From: an uncultured virus (IMG/VR IMGVR_UViG_3300031867_000039)
Taxonomy: Duplodnaviria; Heunggongvirae; Uroviricota; Caudoviricetes; Schitoviridae
Direction: 5' to 3' (one strand)
Virus record (IMG/VR): IMGVR_UViG_3300031867_000039
Length of the DNA stretch: 64,000 nucleotides
Shown: positions 26,424 to 36,426 of the stretch, in pieces
Numbering within the stretch: the first letter of the stretch is position 1
Layout: every line of letters begins with the position of its first letter
Notes under the pieces: generated by a model
Told to the model about the DNA's origin: nothing
What the model saw: only the letters and a program-made list of their open reading frames with translations
Database searches by the model: none
Made by a program: the position numbers and the translations under genes

Positions 26424-27686
26424 ATGCCAACATATGAAAATCCACATTTATATAATGACCCTGCCGGTTATCGTACAGGTACTCCTGCACCATCTACCAT
26501 TGGTGTACAGTTAGTAGATTTCTTGTTTATCAAGAAAGCTCTTGCTGAACAGTCAAAGGAGATTGTGTTCTCTAATATGTCCTCTACCATTGAGATTCCA
26601 AAACATACAGGTACTGCTATTAAGCGTTATGTTGATGTTTTGATGCTTGATGATAAGAACGTAAACGATCAGGGTATTGATGCTCTGGGTCAGCATGGTG
26701 CATTGTCTAAGAACCCTAATGGTAACCTCTATGGTTCTTCTAGGGATATTGGTGTTATCTCTGATAGATTGCCTGTTCTTGGTGAACTTGGTGGTCGTGT
26801 AAACCGTGTAGGTTTCAAGAGACTTACTATTCAGGGTACAATGCAGAAGTATGGTTTCTTCTATGAATTTTCTAATGATGCTCTGAACTTTGATACTCAG
26901 GCTGATTTACTGCAGAGTATGTCAAGAGAAGCTGTACGTGGTGCTACTCAGTTGCAGGAAGCTATGCTTCAGAAAGATCTGCTAGATAACTGTGGTACTG
27001 TTTATGTACCTGGTACTGGTTTTGCTGACTGGGATACTGATACTACTACTTCCCTGAAAGCTACTGTTAATGCTTCATCTATTCCTACCTATAAGGATTT
27101 CATGAAGTTTAAATTGATGCTTGATGATCTGCGTGTACCCGGTTCTACTTCTATGTTTACTGGTACTCGTTATATTGATACTAAGACTATTCCTAGTGCT
27201 AGATTTGCATTTATTTCTAATGCTCTTCTTCCTACTTTGGAACAGATTAAGGATTTCAATAACAATCCAGCATGGGTTCCTGTAGAACAGTATGCAGCAG
27301 GTGGTTATACTCATCCTAAAGAAGTTGGTAAGATTGGTAACTTCAGATTTATTGTAGTTCCTGAAGGTCAGTATTGGGCTGGTGCAGGTGCTGCAACTGA
27401 TACTACTACATCAGGTTCTACTGATGGTAACTACAGAGCAACTGATGGTAAGTTTGATGTATATCCAATTCTTGTAATTGGTGATGATGCATTTACTACT
27501 ATTGGTTTCCAGACTTCAGGAAAAGATGGTAAGATTAAGGTAATGACTAAGATGCCTGGTATTGAAACTGCATCCTTTGATGATCCATATGGTTCAAGAG
27601 GATTTACCTCTATGCAGTGGTGGTATGGTTTCTTGGCTCAGAGACCTGAAAGATTAGCATGTATGTATACTGTTGCTGAACTGTAG
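26424..27686 (+). CDS. Major capsid protein (N4 gp56-like)
   Basis: DDKNVNDQGIDA, GNLYGSSRDIG, GGRVNRVGF, DPYG..GF.S.QWWYG. Confidence 0.96.
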   Translation: MPTYENPHLYNDPAGYRTGTPAPSTIGVQLVDFLFIKKALAEQSKEIVFSNMSSTIEIPKHTGTAIKRYVDVLMLDDKNVNDQGIDALGQHGALSKNPNGNLYGSSRDIGVISDRLPVLGELGGRVNRVGFKRLTIQGTMQKYGFFYEFSNDALNFDTQADLLQSMSREAVRGATQLQEAMLQKDLLDNCGTVYVPGTGFADWDTDTTTSLKATVNASSIPTYKDFMKFKLMLDDLRVPGSTSMFTGTRYIDTKTIPSARFAFISNALLPTLEQIKDFNNNPAWVPVEQYAAGGYTHPKEVGKIGNFRFIVVPEGQYWAGAGAATDTTTSGSTDGNYRATDGKFDVYPILVIGDDAFTTIGFQTSGKDGKIKVMTKMPGIETASFDDPYGSRGFTSMQWWYGFLAQRPERLACMYTVAEL

Positions 27687-27709
27687 TAATTAACTTTATA
27701 ACTTTATGG

Positions 27710-27739
27710 TCTTCCTCCTTATATAGGGGGAAGATTTTT
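27710..27739 (+). terminator. Intrinsic terminator after the capsid gene
   Basis: tcttcctcct-tatat-agggggaaga-ttttt. Confidence 0.8.
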
Positions 27740-27750
27740 AGGAGCATAAA

Positions 27751-28227
27751 ATGACAACCAGAAATGAACTCAAAGCTAAATGTGATGAATTAGGTATTGC
27801 TTATAAGAATAATACACCTACTGCTACTTTGGATCAGTGGATTAAAGAAAAAGAAGCAGGTAAACCATTATCTGATGAAGAAACACCTATTCAGAAAGCT
27901 ACTAGACTTATTAGATGTCAGATTGTTAATAACAATCCAAATAAACAGAACCTTGAGGGTGAACTGATTACTGTATGTTTCAGTTTTATGCCTAAGATTT
28001 CTAGGTTTGTACCATTTAATAAAGAAGCTACTCATATTGAGAATGCCATTTATAAATATCTCTTAACCAAGAAATACAACTTACCTGTTATTGATGATAA
28101 GGGTAATATTAAGTTAAGAGAACTTAATGAATACACCATTACTAAACTTCCTCCATTGACTGAAGCAGAACTTAAAGCACTTGCTAAAGCTCAGTCTGTG
28201 CGTAATAACGAAGAGGAAGGTAAGTAA
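27751..28227 (+). CDS. N4 gp55-like protein
   Basis: LK.KCDELGI, A.RLIRC.I.N.NP, LPPLT..EL..LA..Q. Confidence 0.8.
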   Translation: MTTRNELKAKCDELGIAYKNNTPTATLDQWIKEKEAGKPLSDEETPIQKATRLIRCQIVNNNPNKQNLEGELITVCFSFMPKISRFVPFNKEATHIENAIYKYLLTKKYNLPVIDDKGNIKLRELNEYTITKLPPLTEAELKALAKAQSVRNNEEEGK

Positions 28228-29081
28228 TGGATATATCTCAGATTCTGCTTACTGACGATATAATCAGTAAATTAACTACACCTGATAAAGATGTAAAAGA
28301 TTTTAACCTACATTCAGAATTACTTACTGAAGGTATTGGTACTTTATCAGGTAAAGGTGCTTTTGATGAACTCATGAAAGCTGTTGATGAACATCTTACT
28401 AGAGAATATAAAGCACAGAGAATTACTGGTTCTATGTACAGTACCTTGTATGCACAAGCTCTTACTGCAGCAATGCAGACAGCATCACAATATGCTATAC
28501 AAGGTTCTTCTGCTTATTGGCAGGCTAAGATAGCTGAAGCTTCTTATAGAAAGGCAGAAGCTGAGATACTTAAAGCTCTTGCAGATATTGAATATGCACG
28601 TCTACAAACGGAAATTGCTAAGAAAGATCTTGAACTCAAGGAAAAGGAACTTACTCTTAAAGAGAAAGAAATTGATAACATGAAGTATCAAGCATGGTCT
28701 TCCTTACAGCGTGTATTAACCGAACAAGCAGAAACCCAAGATAAGATAGGTAAAATTAATCCTAATAATGTAGGTGATCCAGTATCTATCTTTACTCCTA
28801 CTGTTGATGTAGCTGGTTCTTCTGGTGCAGCTAAAGCATTCCAAAATAAACAGACTAGTGAACTTGAACGTACTGCTGTTCGTTCTTTAGCAGAACATTA
28901 TAAATCTACATTTGATACTAACCAGACTTCTCTTAGTGATCTTAAACCATATGCCTTTGGTTATAATGGTTCAAGAGTAAAAGCTGTAGAGAATTTATTA
29001 TTATCTAAGTTTGGATTAGACGGTCCTGCTATAGACCAACAGCATCCAGAAAGTTCTGAATCAGATAGAGAGACTGAATAA
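28227..29081 (+). CDS. N4 gp54-like structural protein
   Basis: G.G.FD.LM..V..HL..EY...RITG..Y motif; TEQAET.D. Confidence 0.8.
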   Translation: MDISQILLTDDIISKLTTPDKDVKDFNLHSELLTEGIGTLSGKGAFDELMKAVDEHLTREYKAQRITGSMYSTLYAQALTAAMQTASQYAIQGSSAYWQAKIAEASYRKAEAEILKALADIEYARLQTEIAKKDLELKEKELTLKEKEIDNMKYQAWSSLQRVLTEQAETQDKIGKINPNNVGDPVSIFTPTVDVAGSSGAAKAFQNKQTSELERTAVRSLAEHYKSTFDTNQTSLSDLKPYAFGYNGSRVKAVENLLLSKFGLDGPAIDQQHPESSESDRETE

Positions 29082-31309
29082 TGGGATTTTGGGGCAGTAA
29101 AAAAGAACGTAGTAGAGCTTGTATTGGTTTACTGGATGAATCTAATGCTGCCTATTCCATAGGTACAGCTTCTGTTATAGCTGCTTCTGACTATAAGTGT
29201 AAGTTTATGGATGCTTATTTAGAACTTGCACAAAAGAGTTTATATACCAAACTTGTTAATGCTCAGAAATGGGCTAAGAAACACTTTCCATGGGGTTTAT
29301 TGGATTCTAATAATCATACAGAATATACTGTAAATAAACCCCTACTACAAGCATATTTACAACAAGAAAATCCTATAGAAATAGTAACAGCATCTGTTGG
29401 TTCAGCAGATCCATTAATGCTTGGATTAAATGAGATAATATCTCAATATCCTCAATATGATCCAGTAACTAAATCTATAACAATAGATGAAATTGTATAT
29501 ACCTTTAATGGAGCTACTACATCAGGTGATACTATTTCTATAGAGTTTTATGCTGATGATGAACATACCATTACTGTAAATGCTACAGGTAATTATAGAG
29601 GTACATATCTATATGTAGCTTATACAGAATTAGAGGAAACCAAATACTTTATTCAAGATATAACTAATAATGTACCTCCATATGTAACAGCTAAGAATAA
29701 ATCATATTCTTCTGATTATTTCTTTATAGTTCCATTTAGATTACATGAACAACGTCTTAAAAAGCTATCACATGATAACCCTAATGAATTTCTTAATCTT
29801 TATAATAAGAGTAAACAGTTAATTAAGAAATTAGGGTATGACTTAGAATTAATTGATTCTAGGTTACATGATTTTAAAGATAAACCAAAGAAGGATGATG
29901 GTTCTACTCAAGGTGAACTAGGTAAAATGGATGAAGGATACATCTATTTTGGTGTACCTATTTCTGGTTCAGCTATAGAGATAAATGAGTATATATTTAA
30001 GTATTGTCTATACTTACATAAAATCAATTCTACTAAGGTTGTAATGGGTAGCTATACATGGAATGATGGTATCCATTTACAAGATTATTTATCAGGTGTT
30101 AATGTAGATTGGTCAGATGTAATAATTGATTATATTAATCATAATGGTAAACCAAACACTTACTATAAAGAAAGTAGTGGTGATGATTTTATCATTATGA
30201 AACAGTTAACCAAAACTAGAGCCAAGAGAATAACAGTTAAATCATTTACTATTACAGATATTATATGTAATGAATACTGTACTACCCATTATGTAAGTGA
30301 TGCTTTAAAACATACAGAAACTAGAGATGAATTATTCCTTATACCATTATGTAAATCTGTATTAATGGATATGGGATTCTCAAGACGTAACCAAGTATGT
30401 TTACACGCATTACGTGTAGTTTTGGATTATCATGAGAAGAAGAGTAAATCATTCTCAGAAAGTAAGATATTTAAAATGGTTGTAATGTCTTTATATGCAC
30501 CAATATTCTTTAGTGTAGCCCCTCTTACTACTTCTGTTGGATATTCTCAAGGTATGTTCCAATTACTTACAAATAAAAATCCAACAGGTTTAGCTAAAAC
30601 ATTAATGAGGTTAAGCTTTAAAATACATAATATTGCAACTAAGGTTAATAATATAGTTATGATACCTGTTAAAACCTTATTTAAAGTATTAGGGCCTAAA
30701 CTTGGTTTAATCGTATTAATTATAATTATTATTATAGTAACCATTCTCACATTCGGTGCTGGAACAGCACCTGCTATAAGTGCTACTACAACTGCTACAG
30801 CTACAGGTACAGCAACTACAGCAGCTACAGCAACTGCTACTGTTGCAGCTAATACTGCAGCAAGTACCGCAGCTATGACTTCTTTAGAAGCTGCTGCTGC
30901 TGTAGGTACTACTGCTGGTACTGCAGCAAGCACTGCATGGTCTTCATGGATGGCTACTGCTGTTATATCTGTTGCTAAACAAGGATATGACCAAGCATTA
31001 AATGATGATTTAGTTAAACGTAATAAGAAATATATGAATGCATTATCTAGTTTAAAACAACAATATGAAAATGCATACCAAGAGAGTTTAACTGATAATC
31101 TATATAACTTTAATGTTAGTTATTATACGGGTAAGAATTTAGTAATAGCTAGTATGCGTAATAACTTATTAGTATCACCTCAATATTATGAACACTTAAT
31201 AGATGCAGACTCTTTAACACAAGATAGTCAATCCCTATTAGATAATATTATTAATCCGTATAATATGGATCAAATACTTAACAAAGCCTTAGAGATGGTG
31301 ACAGTATGA
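29081..31309 (+). CDS. N4 gp53-like structural protein
   Basis: MGFWGSKK start, YIYFGV, LIPL; C-terminal hydrophobic and Ala/Thr-rich segment; synteny. Confidence 0.7.
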   Translation: MGFWGSKKERSRACIGLLDESNAAYSIGTASVIAASDYKCKFMDAYLELAQKSLYTKLVNAQKWAKKHFPWGLLDSNNHTEYTVNKPLLQAYLQQENPIEIVTASVGSADPLMLGLNEIISQYPQYDPVTKSITIDEIVYTFNGATTSGDTISIEFYADDEHTITVNATGNYRGTYLYVAYTELEETKYFIQDITNNVPPYVTAKNKSYSSDYFFIVPFRLHEQRLKKLSHDNPNEFLNLYNKSKQLIKKLGYDLELIDSRLHDFKDKPKKDDGSTQGELGKMDEGYIYFGVPISGSAIEINEYIFKYCLYLHKINSTKVVMGSYTWNDGIHLQDYLSGVNVDWSDVIIDYINHNGKPNTYYKESSGDDFIIMKQLTKTRAKRITVKSFTITDIICNEYCTTHYVSDALKHTETRDELFLIPLCKSVLMDMGFSRRNQVCLHALRVVLDYHEKKSKSFSESKIFKMVVMSLYAPIFFSVAPLTTSVGYSQGMFQLLTNKNPTGLAKTLMRLSFKIHNIATKVNNIVMIPVKTLFKVLGPKLGLIVLIIIIIIVTILTFGAGTAPAISATTTATATGTATTAATATATVAANTAASTAAMTSLEAAAAVGTTAGTAASTAWSSWMATAVISVAKQGYDQALNDDLVKRNKKYMNALSSLKQQYENAYQESLTDNLYNFNVSYYTGKNLVIASMRNNLLVSPQYYEHLIDADSLTQDSQSLLDNIINPYNMDQILNKALEMVTV

Positions 31310-32004
31310 GTAATTTAGATGATATAACTAAAAGAATAGGTAATACAGTTAATAAAGTAAAAGCTGCATCTGAACCATCAGAGAAACCAGAATGGCTATA
31401 TGATGTAGCAGATAATGCAACCCTTCCTGGAAGAGCACTTAATGAAGGTGGTGCAAATTTGTGGGAATACCTTGCAGGTAATCAGTATGGTAATGAAGCT
31501 GCAGGTACTTTAGCTGGATTAGCTCCATTCTTACTTTTTAAGAAATATCCTTTAGGTGTAATAGGCGGTTATGTAGCACCTAATGTATTTAATAGTACTT
31601 TACATGAACCAGCTATTGAAGCTAAATTATCGGGTAAAAATGTATCAAATGTTGATGTAGCTACTAATTTAGCTAATGCAATAGCAGATCTACATCCAGC
31701 TATGTTTGTACCTAAAATGGCAGCAGATGTATTAAAAAATCCTGTAGCATCAAATTGGCATGATGCAGGTTTACTATTAGCTAATGTACCTAAATTTAAT
31801 ATATTTAATCCTTATAACTTAGCTGCTAATTATGGTGAAGATAAAGTTATTACAAAATATGTAGACGATAAGTATGATGACTATAAACGTAATTTAAAGT
31901 ATGCATGGGAAAATGATAAAAAAGCTTTACCATTTGTAGCTAGTGCTGGTTTATTGGATTATGCTATTCGTAGTTTATTTAGTAACAGGTTACAAAATTT
32001 TTAA
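31306..32004 (+). CDS. Hypothetical (putative ejection) protein
   Basis: Ala/Gly-rich, no Cys seen, lies in the ejection-protein region. Confidence 0.55.
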   Translation: MSNLDDITKRIGNTVNKVKAASEPSEKPEWLYDVADNATLPGRALNEGGANLWEYLAGNQYGNEAAGTLAGLAPFLLFKKYPLGVIGGYVAPNVFNSTLHEPAIEAKLSGKNVSNVDVATNLANAIADLHPAMFVPKMAADVLKNPVASNWHDAGLLLANVPKFNIFNPYNLAANYGEDKVITKYVDDKYDDYKRNLKYAWENDKKALPFVASAGLLDYAIRSLFSNRLQNF

Positions 32005-32013
32005 GGAGTTTAT

Positions 32014-33612
32014 ATGAGTGGTGTAAAGGTTGTAAAATCTGGTGGCAGAAATAAAAAGAGCGAATCAGGTAAAAATGATAAATCAAATAAACCTAAAGGC
32101 ATAGATGCTGAAGTTGCTCAAGATGATATAGCACGTAGAATTGATGAGGATAATCCAGAGAAACCTTTATCTGAGAATTCTTCTAAGCCAGAAGAAAAAC
32201 AAACTGGAACAGCTACAAATGAGGGATTCTTAAAAGGGTTACAAAATGCAGCTAAAGATGGGGAAGAAACTTCTAATAAAAAAGCAGAACCAACTAACGA
32301 AGAAACTATTAAATCTTTAATGGATAGGGCACTTAAAGCTGAAAAGCAAGCTCAAGCTTATAAAGATCGTATAACTGAATTAGAAAAAAATGTTAAAGAT
32401 ACTTCAGAAGCAAAAGCTAAAGAAGAACCACAAGTAAATAATTCAGGAACTACTGAAGAAACTGTTACACCTGAAACTAAAACTAATAGTGAACCACAAG
32501 CTACTCAAGAACCTGCAAAAGAAGCTAATACTACATCAGGTACAGGTGAAGCTACTGCAGATAACATGATGACGCCTGAAGATGCTTATAATTATTTTAA
32601 AAATAAGGATAATTATGAGAAAGCTTCTAATGTTTTTGAAACACCAAGTTTTAATGAGTATATAGATAATACTACTGGTAAATGGATACCTAGAGGTTAC
32701 TTTGATGCTTTTAATGCAAAGGATGGTATTAATCCTAAGAAATTTACCTTTGAACATTTTAAAGCAAAAATTCCTGAAGATTTAAGTAAGAAATTAACTT
32801 CAGCAGAAGCTACAGAAGAATTAGCAAGAAGGAATGCAGCTTTAAAATCTTATGAGGATGAATATAAAAAGTTTAATACTGGTTTTCAAGCTTATTTACG
32901 TAAACACCCTAAATTAGCAAATGCATTAAAATGGGGTTTATTTGGTGCTGCCGGAGAAGGTGCAGTTGAATTTGGTAAATGGCTTAATGAGACATATATG
33001 GCTGGTCAGAATGATAAAGATGAACTTCAGAATACTGAAGATTGGTTAAATAATTATGATGATGACCTAGAATATCCTGGTTCAAATAATGATAATAATA
33101 ATAGTCCTGAGAATATTGCTGCACAATTAAAAGGTGCAGATGAGTCTACAGAAACACCTGAAGATAATTCAGGTACTATAGAGCAAGCTATTGCAGAACA
33201 AACACCAGCAGGTAATGTAGAACCAGAGAATCCACAGGTAGCAGCTAATGCAGTTACTTCTACAAATACTAAAGCTAATAATGCACCAGCTAGTACTGCT
33301 AAATCAGCACCTACTCAAGATCTTCCACCTGTAGTAACTAGAGATGCTCCACCTGCTAATCCTGATTCAAGCGGTATGACATATTCTCAATTAGTTGAAA
33401 TGGGTCAAGCACCTCAAGCAGGGTCTATGACATATAATGCTAATAACCCTGATATGGTTACTGCTAATTTAATTAATGCTATGAATCAAAACCCTCAAGC
33501 TGGTTCAGATGCTATTGGATATGGTGATTTATATGATCAGAACTTTATAGATTTTTGGGCTAAACGTAATCCTAATTTAGCTTATGCTGTTAGTCAAGGA
33601 AGGAAATCATAG
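32014..33612 (+). CDS. Hypothetical largely disordered (putative ejection) protein
   Basis: E/K/N/T-rich low complexity with one Gly-rich amphipathic segment; AGGAG RBS. Confidence 0.6.
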   Translation: MSGVKVVKSGGRNKKSESGKNDKSNKPKGIDAEVAQDDIARRIDEDNPEKPLSENSSKPEEKQTGTATNEGFLKGLQNAAKDGEETSNKKAEPTNEETIKSLMDRALKAEKQAQAYKDRITELEKNVKDTSEAKAKEEPQVNNSGTTEETVTPETKTNSEPQATQEPAKEANTTSGTGEATADNMMTPEDAYNYFKNKDNYEKASNVFETPSFNEYIDNTTGKWIPRGYFDAFNAKDGINPKKFTFEHFKAKIPEDLSKKLTSAEATEELARRNAALKSYEDEYKKFNTGFQAYLRKHPKLANALKWGLFGAAGEGAVEFGKWLNETYMAGQNDKDELQNTEDWLNNYDDDLEYPGSNNDNNNSPENIAAQLKGADESTETPEDNSGTIEQAIAEQTPAGNVEPENPQVAANAVTSTNTKANNAPASTAKSAPTQDLPPVVTRDAPPANPDSSGMTYSQLVEMGQAPQAGSMTYNANNPDMVTANLINAMNQNPQAGSDAIGYGDLYDQNFIDFWAKRNPNLAYAVSQGRKS

Positions 33613-33621
33613 GAGAATATT

Positions 33622-34086
33622 ATGAATGATTTTGCAAGTATTTTTAAAACACTATCCCCTGATAATCAGAATCAGTTCCTGAAGTTTCTATCTGAGATGG
33701 GTAATAAAGCTACAGGACCTCAACAGGAAGCTTTCGCTAAGATGTTTACGGGTTTAACATCACCTGATACTAATATGCAACAGCCTAATTTCTTTGGTGG
33801 TAGTTTAGGTTGGAATGCATTAGCACCTAACGCTAATCCTTCATTTTTTGATAAAATGATGGGGTATTCTCAGAATGGTCAGAATTATGCTGGTTGGGGT
33901 ATGCCTGTATTACAGGGTATTGAGAATATTGCATCTGCATGGCAGGCATATAACCAGTATAAAGCAGGTAGAGATTTACAGAGAGATCAGTTCAACTTAG
34001 AGAAAACCAAATACAACAATGCTTATGACAATCTGATGGAAGATAGACGTATCAGAGCTGCATCAAGAGCATCAGCTAATAGCTAG
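33622..34086 (+). CDS. N4 gp52-like ejection protein
   Basis: GWG.P.LQG....AWQAYNQYK..R..F......Y....EDRR.R motif. Confidence 0.75.
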   Translation: MNDFASIFKTLSPDNQNQFLKFLSEMGNKATGPQQEAFAKMFTGLTSPDTNMQQPNFFGGSLGWNALAPNANPSFFDKMMGYSQNGQNYAGWGMPVLQGIENIASAWQAYNQYKAGRDLQRDQFNLEKTKYNNAYDNLMEDRRIRAASRASANS

Positions 34087-34095
34087 GAGATATTT

Positions 34096-36390
34096 ATGCC
34101 ATTACCAGGAACAGATAATTTACCTACCTTTGATCCAAAAACTCAAGGTGAGCATACAGGCTTTAATGAAATGCTTGCTTTAATGAAATTGCAGCAACAG
34201 AATAATCAATTTGCTGCAAAACAACAACAGCAAGATATGTCTATGTTATTAAGAGCTATGGGTAGTCCTTCTGGTAATGCTAGTTGGATTGGTCATACTG
34301 CTATGCCTCAACAACCTACCTTTGCACCAAGACAAGGTATGTTCTCGGGTATTTTATCTGACCCATGGCATCAATATTTAGCTCAGAAAGAGTATGAAGT
34401 AAGACGTGATAGAGCTATAGCTAATCAGATGGATGAATTATATCGTAGAGATAATAATGATAGATTTGATCAACTATTAGCTCTCATGCAAGCTAAAGGT
34501 ACTCCAGAACAAGCAACAACTAATGGTACTACTAGTGAATCTACAACAGATAATGGTACATCAGCAAAAGAAAAACCTAAATCTTCCAGAGATGTTTTAA
34601 TAAGTAGATTTAGACAGTTTGCTGGTTTGGATAATAAAGACAGTGAAGCTACTATGGGTCTTGATGATGCTCTTGAACAAGCAGCAGCTTCTGTAAGAGC
34701 TGACCCAGAATTTATTAATGCTTTATACAGAGAAGGTTATTCACCATCATCTATTGAAACAATTAAGAATAATCCTCTTGCTCATTATGGTTGGGATAAG
34801 ACTAAAGATTATAAAGAACCTTTAACTAAACATAATTTTGGAAATCCTTATGGTATGGCTTTAGCAGAGGGTTTAAGTAATTCTAGTGGTTATGATAAGG
34901 ATGACCCAGTTCATCAAGCAACTTATAACATACTAAATAGTATGAATAGTGATTTAGTAGAACAACATAAAGAATGGGAACCATTATATAGAGGGATTTT
35001 ACGTGAATTAAATATACCTATTACTTCAGCTAATTTATCTAACTTTGAGAAAGAGTTAGCTGCTAGTGCTATTAATTGGGCATATAGTCAACCTGATGTG
35101 GATTTAGATTCACTTAAAACATTTGCTAAAGATGGTGATTGGGAACATTGGTGGTCTACTCTTACTAATAATAGTAAAGCTAATATATCTAAAACTTTTA
35201 AGTTCTTTAAAGATAATATCAGAACTTCTGATATTAAAAATCGCGCAGACATAGATAATATGTTTAAAGAATATAATGTGGCATATGATAATGCTGGATC
35301 TGCAAATGTATTTAAAAATTTAGGTATCATTAACCCTAACGATTACGAAAAACTTAGACGTAGATATGATACACTCACTAACTATAATCCAATGGAATAT
35401 ATAGCTATGAGTGAATTAACTAGAACTAATGGTATAACAGATGCTAGAAGATTACTTGGTGGATTTACACCAGTTAAAGATTTAAATGGAAATGTAGGAT
35501 CTAATGTATATTCTGATATAATGGCTAAATTAACTGATCGAAACAGCATATTAAATAATACAAAAATGCAGAAATACTTTGAAGATCCAAACAATTTTAG
35601 ACGTTTCCTGGAGTCCTCATATTTCTATGGTTTAAGGAATAGATATACTTCAAGTGGTAAACAAGAAGACAAAGCTAAATTAACTGCATTAGACAATGAA
35701 ATTACAACAATAACTGATCAGTTCTATAAAGCTAGATTACCTGAGTCAACTAATAGAGATAATGTAACTAAAAATATTAAAACAAGATTAGCTAAGAGTT
35801 TTGATGATAATGCAAGTTTCTTTACAAATGCTCCTAATGATAAAGGTGAATTAATTACTGATTTATTAGCTGGTGCTGAAGGTTATAAGGATGAAGTATT
35901 TCCTGATTCTAATGGTAAAGGTGTATATCTCCTTGGTGTAAATAACGGTTATTGGAAGTTACCTGAAGCCCAAATAGGTAAGAAGTTCTCTGAATTACCT
36001 GCAACAGTGCAGAATGATGGGTATGTGCATCAATTAGAGGCTATTCAATCTTTTTGGAATAAAGTAACTCAAAGATTGCATAGTAATGATTTAAAACCAT
36101 ATATTAAAGGTATGTCCAAACAGGATTTAGATGAAGTTACTGCATTAATAACATCTTCAGCATACCGTGGAGATTCTACAAAAGAGAGCCTATTAATAGA
36201 TGCTTTTAAATCAGCTCAAAAAGCTGCAGGTAATGATAAAATTACACCTTTCTTAGTTTACCAAAAATATGTTGCTCACCTAGCCAATAGATATAAAGCT
36301 AGGGGTAAAGTATCTAATATGTCTGTAGTAAAATCCAGATTTAATAATGTAAAAAAAGCATATGATGCTTACAAAAATAAAACCAAGTAA
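34096..36390 (+). CDS. N4 gp51-position ejection protein, possible C-terminal lysozyme-like domain
   Basis: Directly upstream of the vRNAP; Q-rich N-terminus; EGYKDEVFPD motif. Confidence 0.6.
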   Translation: MPLPGTDNLPTFDPKTQGEHTGFNEMLALMKLQQQNNQFAAKQQQQDMSMLLRAMGSPSGNASWIGHTAMPQQPTFAPRQGMFSGILSDPWHQYLAQKEYEVRRDRAIANQMDELYRRDNNDRFDQLLALMQAKGTPEQATTNGTTSESTTDNGTSAKEKPKSSRDVLISRFRQFAGLDNKDSEATMGLDDALEQAAASVRADPEFINALYREGYSPSSIETIKNNPLAHYGWDKTKDYKEPLTKHNFGNPYGMALAEGLSNSSGYDKDDPVHQATYNILNSMNSDLVEQHKEWEPLYRGILRELNIPITSANLSNFEKELAASAINWAYSQPDVDLDSLKTFAKDGDWEHWWSTLTNNSKANISKTFKFFKDNIRTSDIKNRADIDNMFKEYNVAYDNAGSANVFKNLGIINPNDYEKLRRRYDTLTNYNPMEYIAMSELTRTNGITDARRLLGGFTPVKDLNGNVGSNVYSDIMAKLTDRNSILNNTKMQKYFEDPNNFRRFLESSYFYGLRNRYTSSGKQEDKAKLTALDNEITTITDQFYKARLPESTNRDNVTKNIKTRLAKSFDDNASFFTNAPNDKGELITDLLAGAEGYKDEVFPDSNGKGVYLLGVNNGYWKLPEAQIGKKFSELPATVQNDGYVHQLEAIQSFWNKVTQRLHSNDLKPYIKGMSKQDLDEVTALITSSAYRGDSTKESLLIDAFKSAQKAAGNDKITPFLVYQKYVAHLANRYKARGKVSNMSVVKSRFNNVKKAYDAYKNKTK

Positions 36391-36426
36391 AGGTATCGTA
36401 AGGTAATTATTTATAAGGATTAAAAA

